NCBI GenBank assembly: GCA_021774575.1
Contig: JAJFIX010000023.1
Location: 4,166 to 68,165 of the forward strand
Length of the DNA: 64,000 bases
Reading direction: 5' to 3'
Source of the DNA: Alphaproteobacteria bacterium
GTDB taxonomy: Bacteria > Pseudomonadota > Alphaproteobacteria > UBA6615
Shown: positions 18,415-29,500 of the stretch, in pieces
Layout of the letters: each line of letters starts with the position of its first letter
Numbering within the stretch: the stretch's first letter is position 1
Notes under the pieces: generated by a model
Databases searched by the model: none
Told to the model about the DNA's origin: nothing
The model's input: the letters and a program-made list of their open reading frames with translations, nothing else
Program-made: the position numbers and the translations under genes

Positions 18415-19194
18415 ATGCCAATGAAAAAGCAAAAAGATCCACTTTGCGGCATGATACTTCATGCAGAGCGTGGCAAATGCGCTTCCTGCGAAGTTCGGGC
18501 ACTCTCAATCTGCGCGCCTCTGGATCGGTCCGCTCTGGAAGTGCTGGCTGACTTGTCGGAGGTGGTAAATTTTAGGAAGGGTGACAGTATCTGCGCCGAA
18601 GGCGATCCGGTGGATTATTTTTTTACCGTGCAGTCCGGGGCACTGAAGACGTGTCGGTTACAGTCGGGGCGCCGTGACCTTGTGACCGGCTTTTTGTTTG
18701 GCGGAGATTTCCTCGGCCTGGCATTCTTTGCCGGGCAAATTGAGGCGGATACTCATTACCCATATGCCGTCAGGGCCTTAAGCAAGGGCCGCCTGTGTCG
18801 GCTGCCAAGACAGGCATTTTCCAAATTCATTGCCGATTATCCGCTTATTGAGAAACAAATTTTGGCAAAAATTTCGTTGAAACTGGAGCAGGCGGAAAAT
18901 CATATCCTGTTGCTTGGCAGAAAGAATGCGCGAGAAAAAATCTCTTCTTTCATTTTGCAACTTGATGACGCGCAGAGATTTGCTCGTCAAAATCTGGAGA
19001 GTGATTTTCAAGGTGTCGATACCGTTGATTTTCCTTTGGCGCGCCATGATATTGCCGATTACCTGGGAATGACTCCCGAAACAGTCAGCCGTGCCTTAAC
19101 TCAGCTGAAGGAAGACGGCTTGATCCGGCAACTCAGCTCACGCTGTGTTGCGCTCGTCCAGCGACAAATGTTGGAAGAGATAGCCGCAGGGTAG
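18415..19194 (+). CDS. Crp/Fnr-family transcriptional regulator, FnrN-like (N-terminal Cys cluster)
   Basis: N-terminal 'C..CASCEVRALSIC' (C-x2-C-x7-C plus an upstream Cys). cNMP-like beta-roll and a C-terminal HTH 'ETVSRAL' with the E--SR FNR-specificity residues. Confidence 0.8.
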   Translation: MPMKKQKDPLCGMILHAERGKCASCEVRALSICAPLDRSALEVLADLSEVVNFRKGDSICAEGDPVDYFFTVQSGALKTCRLQSGRRDLVTGFLFGGDFLGLAFFAGQIEADTHYPYAVRALSKGRLCRLPRQAFSKFIADYPLIEKQILAKISLKLEQAENHILLLGRKNAREKISSFILQLDDAQRFARQNLESDFQGVDTVDFPLARHDIADYLGMTPETVSRALTQLKEDGLIRQLSSRCVALVQRQMLEEIAAG

Positions 19195-19220
19195 ACGGGG
19201 GGTTAGGTGTTCAAAAAGAA

Positions 19221-19260
19221 GCCCCGCCAGCTGGATGAAGCTGACGGGGCCTGTATTTTT
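19221..19260. terminator. bidirectional rho-independent terminator between the convergent fnr-like and cytochrome c genes
   Basis: Stem 'gccccgccagc' / 'gctgacggggc' (~10 bp, one G-T pair), 8 nt loop. Flanked by an A-tract 5' and 'ctgtattttt' 3'. Confidence 0.6.
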
Positions 19261-19275
19261 GTGATCGATACGGGT

Positions 19276-19641
19276 TTATTGAGTGGCTAGAAATTCAACA
19301 ATGTCGGCGGCGTCTTGGGCATCTCCGACGCCGGGAAAGGCCATGCTGGTGTCGGGTACGAGTACTTGAGCCTCGGCAATGTACAGCAATAGCGTCTCTT
19401 CATCCCAGGTGAGACCAGATCCTTTCATCGCGTCGGAATATTCGAAATCGGCGAGGTCGGCCGCGGGTCGTCCGATAACACCGGCCAGGCTCGGCCCGAT
19501 GATATTTTCGCCAGCCGTCAAAGAATGGCACGCAGCGCAGACCTGAAACAGGTCTTCACCCCGCGCGGCGTCTTGGGCCAGTATAGGCGTTCCGCTCGCC
19601 AGCACTATTGCGGTCGCCATTATTGATATTGTTGCTTTCAT
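19276..19641 (-). CDS. class I c-type cytochrome (c2/c550-like), periplasmic
   Basis: Signal peptide, single 'CAACHS' heme motif and a Met sixth-ligand region. 121 aa. Confidence 0.85.
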   Translation of the reverse strand: MKATISIMATAIVLASGTPILAQDAARGEDLFQVCAACHSLTAGENIIGPSLAGVIGRPAADLADFEYSDAMKGSGLTWDEETLLLYIAEAQVLVPDTSMAFPGVGDAQDAADIVEFLATQ

Positions 19642-20073
19642 AGCCGATTCCTTCCGTCATTCAGTCATTCAGTTGAGTAAGAACGAATAATCGGCATAAA
19701 AGCCGCCGACTTGGCATGCGACCGATTGTATGCAAGGTAGCTAATTGGTGCTGATTTTCCATGATCTATGTCAGCATTCCAGTTGATTAGGAAGCTAAGG
19801 CAGCTCCTTTAGTGGCCGTCTCGATGGATCTATCGCGGGAAAACGATGGTCCGAATCGACTAGATGGCGTGGTTTTGGAAAAACGACTCTAACCGCCCCT
19901 CCCTATCCACAGATTTAGGGGCTCGATAAGTAAATTATCCATAGGGACGGTGACCCGGTATTTGGATCGTATCTATTTTTACGTACCGCGTGGAGATGCC
20001 GCTGTTCAAATTCGGGAAATTGCCCCTGTGGACAAATACGAATTTGTGTACAGGTTTTGGTAGTCATGTCGGG

Positions 20074-20082
20074 TTATCCACA
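20074..20082 (+). promoter_or_regulatory. perfect DnaA-box 9-mer TTATCCACA (a second 8/9 copy, CTATCCACA, at 19903-19911)
   Basis: Read directly. Both copies share orientation and lie in the ~890 bp intergenic region upstream of the giant surface-protein gene. Confidence 0.3.
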
Positions 20083-20531
20083 GAGGTGGCGCCTATTTGC
20101 AACACCCAAATGAACTATTCCATATAATTCGGTCGAGCTATAGATTTGTTGGGCCCGTGAGTTGGTGCAACTACAAGACCGACTGAACTGTCCTAAGACC
20201 GTTGTGCAGTCTGAACTTTATGAAGGTTTTTCAATTCAATTTACGTCGCTGGAACGGCTCAAAAGTGGCCCAATTTGGGGGTCGGTTATCGAGCCGATTG
20301 CCTGTGGAAAAAACATGGTTTCATCCACAGGGCTGTGTACTGTTCTGAGTTGTGGCGAGACCGTGGCTTGGACATCGGGGGAATCAATGAATATCGAAAC
20401 ACTGCCTTCAGCGGCAGTGTGCTGCTCTTGGCAAGGTATAACCTGTCGGGGTTGCGCAAATGTGGGGGCGTGCTTTGGACGATAACCGTTTTCGATCGCG
20501 GTTATTTGGCCGGCCGTTTTCTTGCCGATTA

Positions 20532-23500
20532 ATGCAATACAGAAATGACGGGCCTTCGAGGTCATTTCTGCATTTGGCTGCAGTCGCGCTCTTTTCTGCG
20601 TCACTTTTGGGCTTTGGCGGAGATGCTGTTGCGCAGAGCGTGGATTGGGTGCTCAACCTCAACGACACCGGCTCCGATCCGACCGCCGCCGGTGGAACCA
20701 TCACCTACAATATCAACGTTTCCAATAACGGGGCCGACCCAGCACCAGTGACGACGATCGATCTCGACGTGCCCGCAGGGACAACGCTCGCGGCGACGAG
20801 CGGGACGATCACCGGGTGCGCACCGGTCCCGACTGCCGGGCCTGCCACCGTTACCTGTACGATTCCGGCATTGGCGGCGGGGGGGGCTGTCGATCTGTCA
20901 GCCGATGTCGTTCCGGTCGCTTCGGGAACTGTGACCATCGGCGCGCACGTGCCGACCACCGTGGGCGCAGTAACCGATTTCGATACGGCTAACAACGATC
21001 AAACTGAAAACACGACGATTACCGCAGGGGCGGATGTCGAATTGCTGATTTCCGGGCCAGCCACAGCGGCTTCGGGCAGCCAGATTAGTTACAGCTTTGA
21101 TGCAACCAATAACGGCCCCGATCCGGCGTCAAACCTGACCCTGAGTTTTCCTATACCGACGGGGGTTTCCAACATCACCGAACCGCCGGGCTGTTCCCTG
21201 TCTGCGAGCACCTATACTTGTGCGGTCTCAGGGCCTCTCGCGCCGGGTGCCAGTGTCTCGCTGGTTTTTGACGTTCAGATTTCCGCTGCCTCCGGGTCGA
21301 CGGTGACGCCGGTCGCAACTATCTCCGTCGGCTCGCCAGTTGATCCGCTGGCCAGCAACAACACCGACAGTCTCGACACAGATATCACAGCGGGAACCGA
21401 TCTTCGTATCACCAAATCGCGGAGCCCATCGGGCACGCTTCTGGTTGGCGATACCGTAACCTTCACCCTTGCTGGAAGCTACACCGGTGACGACCCCAGC
21501 GGGATCACAATAACCGACACCATCCCGGCAATCTACGCCATCCAATCGGTTACGCCGTCTGCCGGTAGCGGGTTTGCCTGCACCGTGACCTTGCAGGATA
21601 TTTCCTGCTTGCGGGCGACAGGTGCTGGTCCGGGGGGCAATGTTTCCTTGGGCTCTATCTCCATTGTGGCAACAGCCATAACGGCAGGATCGGCTGTTAA
21701 TACAGCGACCATCGTCGCGACAGGCCCTGTTGATTCAAACCTCTCAAACAATAGCGACACCGACGGCGGTGCGACAATCCAAGATCCAACTGTCGATCTG
21801 CGGGCGAACAAGTCCGGTCCAAATCCGCCGCTCATTGTTGACGGCAATAGTTATGATTTTTCGATCAGCGCTACCAATATCGGCAATGCAGATTTTTTCG
21901 GTACGATCGTTCTAACCGATAGTCTGCCGGCGGGGTTGACGGCGACCGGATTTGTCTTGAACGGATGGACTTGCGCGCCGGTTCCCGCAGCAGTGTTGCC
22001 CATTGCGGGCCCAGCGGTGATTGAATGCACGCAAATTTTTACCTCCGGAAGTCCACTCGCCTCCGGTGCGACGACTTCGAGTGCCGTTATACAGACGACG
22101 GCCACTGCGTCGGGAACCATCACCAACAGTGTCACGGTCTCTTCCCCCGATGCAAATATTGCAGACAGCAATTCTGGCAATGACGTTGCGACCACGACCG
22201 TTACCGGCAGCACACTCGGCGCCTCGGCCGATATTCTCGTCGAGAAGACGGCTAGCCTTGCCACACTGCCGGCAGGCGATGTGCAGACCTTTACCCTTCG
22301 TGTGGTCAATAACGGTCCCATCGCTTCAGCCAACATTACTCTCACCGACAGTCTGTCCGGATTGATCAACAATTCGGTGGGGCCGACCGGTGCTGGGTTG
22401 ATCAGCGTCGACGACACTTCGTCGGTAGGGTTGGCTACGGGGCTGACATGTTCCACCGCCTCGTCGGGGGGCAGCTCTCGCCTCTTGACCTGTACCATCG
22501 TGAATTTGCCGGTCTGTGTGGGCGCCGACTGCCCGATCATCACTGTGCAAGTTCGCCCCGGCGGCAATGGCGGTTCGCGGACCAACACAGCCGACGCTAT
22601 TTCTTCGGTCACCGTCGATTCCGATCTGACGAATAATTCGGCCAGCGCTACTTTCACAGTAGAGCCCCGCGCCGATATGACCGTGACCAAGGTCTCGTCG
22701 CCGTCTCCGGCTACCGCCGGGCAAGATCTGACCTATGTTCTCACCGCGCGAAATATCAGCAATGGTCTCAGTGCTGCAGCGAGTGTGACGATAACCGATA
22801 CGCTGCCGAACAATGTAACTTTTGTCTCCGCATCGCCCTCGGCTGGGAGCTGCACGACCACGCCGATACTCAATTCGACGACCGGTGCTGGCAACAATAC
22901 GGTGAGCTGTTCTCTTGGCACGATCAATAACGGCGCCCAGCGGACGGTGACGATTGTCACGCGGCCGAACTTCGTGACCCGCGGCACCACTCTTTCCAAC
23001 AATGTGACCGTTGCCACGACGACGATCGAGACCGATGGCACCAACAATTCGGCGATCAATCTGACCCCGGTTGTGGTTCCTGTGCTCGACCTTCTGGTAA
23101 ACAAGACCGATAGCGTCGACCCTGTCGCGGTTGGGGATGACACGGTCTTTTCTATTTCGGTGCAGAATATTGGCCCATCGGCGGCTGAAAACGTCGTTTT
23201 TACCGATGTTATGCCGCCGTCTCGGCTGAGCTTCCAATCTGTCATCGTCTCAGCGGGGGGGAGCTGCCTAACGGTTCCTGCGGTCGACAGCTTCGGGCAA
23301 ACCCTTGAATGCGACTTTCCGCGGCTTCTTGCGGGCACCTCGGAGACAATAACGGTCACCATGCGGGGCACCGAAAAGGGTACAGTATTCAACACAGCCG
23401 ATGTGACGTCCGATGAGGTTGTCGCCGGATTTGATACCAACACCACCAACAATAATGTAATGGAGCAGACGACGGTCCGTTCCAAGGCAGACCCCGAAGT

Positions 23501-26500
23501 AGTGAGCAAAGTGGCTTCGGTTAATCCGGTCAATTTGCGCGACAATTTCAATTTTGTCATTACGGTTCGCAACAATTCCGGTGCGGGTCTGGCTGAAGCT
23601 GATGATGTCCTGGTTTCCGACACGCTACCGACGGGTATGGTTTTGACGGGGCCGCCAACCGTCACAGCCGGGCTGGCCAATGTCACAGGCTCAACCTGTA
23701 CTGGGCTTGCCGGTGAGACGTCGTTTACGTGCGACCTTGGGACATTTACCGGAGGAGGAACGGCGGAAATCACCGTGCCGGTCGAAATTACCTCGGTGAG
23801 CTCTAACCCGCAGACTATTGTTAACACGGCGTCGATCACGACCTCATCGCTTGATGTCAATTCGGCGAACAATACGAACTCGGGTTCGGTCGATGTGAAC
23901 TCTTCGTCAATCTCTGGCAGCCTCTTTCGCGATTTTACGGACGACGGTGCGATCACGGCTGGAGACACCGGGATCGGCGCTGTGACGATGACGCTCACCG
24001 GTACCAGTGCCGATGGCGCCGCAATTTCGCGGACCGTTGCGACGGCAGCCGATGGGACATTCACATTTGCCCTGCTGCCCGAGGGCAACTATACGATTAC
24101 ACGCGGCACACCTTCGGAGCCTAATCTGGTAGACGGGACCGACACGCCGGGGACTGCCGGCGGAACAGTCAGCGCGCCGATCACGATCGCCGGTATCTCG
24201 CTGGGCGGGAATACGGCCGCAGCGAATTATCTCTTTGCGCTGATCCCCCAGGCCTCTATCGGCATTGCCAAGACAGTGCAGTCGGGGCCGACACCCAATG
24301 CAGACGGGTCTTACAATGTTACTTTCCGGCTGACCGTCGAAAATTTGAGCCTTGAGGCCTTGGAGAACATTGTAGTGGACGACGCCCTTGCCGGCGCGTC
24401 CCCTTTGTTTGGGGCCTTCAGTGCCCTGGCAACCCCGGCGACGGATCCGCTGGCGCGCGGGAGTTACACCATCCTGGCGGCACCTTCGGGAAGTTGCGGC
24501 GGTTTGCAAGCTGGGTTCGACGGTAACGCCGCACAAACAGTGGCCACCGGTTTTGGGCTAGCCATCGGCGCCACCTGCACCATCGACCTGATACTTCGTG
24601 TGCAACCCAGTGTTCCGTTCCCGCCGGTTCTGGCCTCGGGCGGGCGGTACGAGAACCAAGCCACCGTCGATGGGCAAGGCGCTGTCACCGGCCAAACTTC
24701 GGCCACCAACGCGCAACTTGCCGACAGTTCAGATAATGGCGTCAACCCCGATCCAAACAGTAATAGCCAGGCCAACGAAGCGGGCGAGAACGATCCGACG
24801 CCGGTTGATCCGGTCTATGTGCGGTCCGTCGGATTGGTGAAGACGGTCGATACCGGCGCCCTTTCAACACCGGCGGTCGCAGGCGATATTTTGACCTTTG
24901 GCTTCACGGTGACCAATACCGGTGACGTGACGTTAACCGGTCTGACACTAGCGGATCCGCTGCCCGGCATTTCGGTCTCGGGCGGGCCGATTGCGAGCCT
25001 GACACCGGGCGCGTCGGACAGCCTAACCTTTACCGCGACCTATACGCTCACCCAGGCCGATGTCGACGCCGGGCAGGTGGTGAACCAGGCCACGGTTTCC
25101 GGTATTGATCCATTTGACGGGACGGTGACCGATCCATCGGGTACGACGACCACCAATGACACGCCCCTGACGACGACGCTTACGCCGGGACCGGCGATTG
25201 GGCTGGTTAAGACCGCCAATGCTTCGGGGCTTTCAAGCCCGTCGGTTGTTGGAGAGCGGATCACCTATTCGTTCGCCGTCACCAATACGGGCAATGTGAC
25301 GCTGTCGAATGTAACGCTAACCGATATCCTGCCGGGGATCGTAATCTCGGGCGGTCCAATCGCAACGCTGGCGCCGGGTGCGACCGACGCTACGACTTTC
25401 ACCGCGACCTACGACATCCTGCAATCGGATATCGACGCGGGCCAAGTATCGAACCAAGCAACCGCGACCGGCTCGCCTCCATTTGGCGCGGATGTAAACG
25501 ATTTATCGGGCACGACGACAGGCAACGATACGCCAACCGTCTCGTCGGTCACCCAGGCCCCGGCGATTGATCTTCAAAAGACGGCCGATGACAGCGCCTT
25601 TCTGGTGACCAGCGCGGTACCCGGCGACACCTTGCCCTTTACTTTCCAGGTTACCAATATCGGCAACACGACTCTAACCGGTATCACGATAACAGATCCG
25701 TTGCCGGGGATTGTCATCACCGGTGGACCGATTGCAAGTCTCGCGCCCGGGGCGACGGATAGCACTACGATTTCTGGCAGTTACTCGATCACTGCCGCCG
25801 ACATCCTCGCGGGGCAAATAGATAATACGGCGACAACGACCGGCACCTACACAGACTCCGGCGGTAGTCCCCAGACCGTGACCGACACCGATAGTGCGAC
25901 AGGTATTGTCGTTGCCATCGACGCCAACCCGGAAATCTTTCCGCCATTCACCACCGATGGCGGCACGACGACATCAATGCTTGCCTCCGATAGCGTGGCC
26001 AACCAGCCGGCGACCCTGGCGAATGTGACGATTTCGGTCGTCACCACTGACCCGGAATTGACCCTTGATCCGGCAACGGGACTGATCACGCTCGCTCCTG
26101 GAAATCCGGCAGGTGAGTATTTCGTGACGTATCAGATTTGCTCGACTGCCAGTCCAGCGGTTTGCGACACGGCGATCGAAACCGTGACCCAGAGTGCGAT
26201 CCCCTCGATTGAAGCCACGAAAACGCAAGTCTTGACCGACAATGGCGATGGAATCGACGGCGTTGGCGACACGCTCACCTATACGATCACCGTGGAGAAT
26301 ACCGGCAATGTTCCGGTCGAAAACATTGCCCTGACCGACACGCTCACCACGCTCAACACCGGCTTTGGATTAACGCTCGACGGCGGTCCGACTTTCGTCT
26401 CCGCAAGTTCCGGGTCCCTCGAAGGTGATCTGGCGATTGGCGAAACGGCCACCTATACGGCAAGTTTCACGCTGACTATTGATGCCTTAATCGGTGGTGG

Positions 26501-29500
26501 CACGTCGAACACAATAACTGTCGACGCCTTGCCGGTTTTTGGCCCGGCCGTGCCGGGCACGCCGGCGCCGATCCTCGATGTTTCCGATGACGGCGACGAT
26601 GGCGATGGAAATACGACCGAAGATCCCACCCAATTCCCGATCGCGTCTTCACTGGCCGCGAGCGGGCTCACGGTGACAAAGACCACCCCACGAGGGATCG
26701 TCGAACGGGGGCAGATCGTGCCGTATACGATTGCCATCCGGAACGACAATCCGGTCGTTTCGGGCCAGCTCGATATCGTTGATGTTTTGCCGCCGGGGTT
26801 CCTCTACTTGGATGGATCGGCAACCCTAGACGGCACGCCATTCTCGGTCGATGTTGCTGGACGGGTCGTCACTTGGCCCGACGTGCCGGTGCCGCCCCTT
26901 ACCACCGTCACGGCGACCTTATCGGCCCGCATCACCACCGGTGCGCCGTCCGGCGAATTGGTCAACCGGGCGAGTGCGCGCAATCCGAACGACAATACCC
27001 CCCTCGCGCCGGTCGCCACCGCGACGGTCCGCATTCTTCCCGAGGCGGTCTTTGATTGTGGCGACGTGATCGGCAAAGTGTTCGATGATCGTGATCGCGA
27101 CGGTTATCAGAACCCGGATAGGTCGGAGCCGGGTATCCCGGGTGTTCGGTTGGTGGGGATTGACGGCACGACAATTGTGACCGATGAGTTCGGCCGGTTT
27201 CACGTGCCCTGTGCGATGCTGCCGGATGATCGCGGCACAAATTTCATTTTGAAAATCGACCCCCATTCATTGCCCGCCGGTTATGGGATGACGTCGGAAA
27301 ATCCGCGGATCGTCCGGTTGACTCGCGGCAAACTGACGGAAATGAACTTTGGCGCGACGGCCGAAAACATTGTGCGCATCGATCAGAACGCCCGTGTTTT
27401 TGTGCCCCAATTTGGTGGGCAATTCGACCTCATTGCGGCGCGCCCAGTCGGGCTTTCGGCCTTGGTCGACCAGATCGCGCTGGACCCACAACGCCCGACC
27501 GAAATTCGCGCGATGGCGGCCGGTATTGATATTCGGTTCGACACCCTGGACGAACGCCGCTTCCTGAATGTCACGACTATGGGTCTTCGCGCCGCCTACC
27601 GGGCCGGCGAGACGGTCATATTTCGGACCTCGTCCAATTATCCGCGCTTTATTGTTCGATCTGAAATCCGCATCCGCGATCGGTCCCACCGACGGCTGAT
27701 TGCCGTATTGCCGGTACTGCCGAATGGCCAAATGCCATGGATGGTCCCCCAAAGTGGGACGGGCGAATTCGATTATGTGTTGCGGGTCTATGACGGGCGG
27801 GGGCGTTACGATGAAACCGAGCCGCTTTCCCTGGTGCGCACGGCCCGTTCTTTTAACACCCATGAAACGGTGCGTGGTGCCGCCATAGCGCCGGGCGAGG
27901 GCGAGGATCGTACTGCCATTCGCAACATACCGATCCGGGGTGGTCTGGTGACGGCGGCGGGAGAAGGTTTGGCCCCGGGCACCCGCGTCTTGGTTATGAG
28001 TGAGGAAGTGACCGTCGATCTTTCCGGTCGATTTGTGGTCAGCCGGATCTTGCCGGTTGGGGAGCATGAGGTCGCCGTCGATGTTGCCCATGCCGGTCAG
28101 GTATCGCGGGTCGTGCGCAACATCGAAGTTCCGGCGCTGACAGCATTCAGTGTCGGGATCGTCGATTTGACCATCGGCAAGCAGCTTGAGAACGACCTGG
28201 CCGATGCGGATCCAGATTATGATGATACCTATGCTGAAGGAAGGCTGGGCTATTACGGCACTGCGATTCTTCCCGACGGCACCCGTGTCACCATGTCGGT
28301 CGATACCGGGAACGGCTCGCTCAAAGACGCGTTCCGCCGTCTCGACGACCGGGATCCGCGTGACGTTCTCCAACGGCTCGACGAGGACGATCTCTATCCG
28401 ACATATGGTGACGATAGCACCGCATATGACGATGCGCCGACGTCGGGACGGGCATATTTTCAGATCGAACGTGGCGGGGCCAGATTAACCTGGGGCGATT
28501 TCCAATCGGCGATTGCCGGGCCGGAATTTCTGGCCGGAAAGCGAAATTTATACGGCGTGGACCTGAATTATACGTCACCCGTGGTCACGACCCGTGGCGA
28601 TGCCCGCGCTCAATTATCCGCTTACTTCGCCCAACCCGATACGTTGCCGGCACGGGACATAATGCGGGGCACCGGCGGTTCGGTGTATTTTTTATCACGC
28701 CAAGATATCAATAATGGTTCGGAAACGGTGACAGTGCAGATCCGGGATCCGCAAACAGGGCGCATCATTTCGACGACAACATTGGTGGCGGACCTCGATT
28801 ATGACATCAATAATATTCAAGGCGTCATTGTCCTGGCGGCGCCACTGGCTTCGTCGACGACTGACGGCGGATTGATATCGTCGGGTGTCGTTGGAGAATT
28901 CGACGTCAACCTGGTGGTTCAATATGAATATACGCCGACGGCTGGCGACTTGGATGGCGCCTCGGGTGCCGGACGGGTCGAGTTATGGGCGCGGAACAAT
29001 TTGCGCCTGGGCATTACCGGCATGCGCGAGAATACCGGCGTGGCCGATCAAGATATGTTCGGTGCCGATCTGCGCTGGAACCTTGGCGAGACAAGCTATG
29101 TTGAGACAGAGTTTGCGCAGACGGTTGGCCCCGGCTTTGGGCGCACGCTCTCGGCCAATGGCGGGCTGACCCTGGATATGACGGGGCCGGGAACCGGCAC
29201 GCGCGCCGACGCGCTCCGGGTCGATGGTCATCTCAATTTCGCCGAATTAAATTTCGGGCTGGAAGGGCATCTGGATTTCTACTACGAGCGCAAGGACGCT
29301 GGATTTGCCACGTTAAACGAGGATATTGCCGAAGACCGAGAGTTGGTCGGCCTCTCTTCGGAGTTGGCGCTTTCACCCCGATTGCGACTTGGCATCGATG
29401 TCGAAGATTTCCAGAAGCAAGGGCGCGAGCATACGCAGACGAGCGAAGTGCGGGCGTCTTATAGTCTAAACAGAGTTTTGACCCTGTCCGGCGCCGTCGA

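Noticed and set aside
19903-20082. Chromosomal replication origin
   Set aside because: There are only two DnaA boxes, no AT-rich DNA-unwinding-element repeat array, and no dnaA, hemE, parAB or gidAB context.
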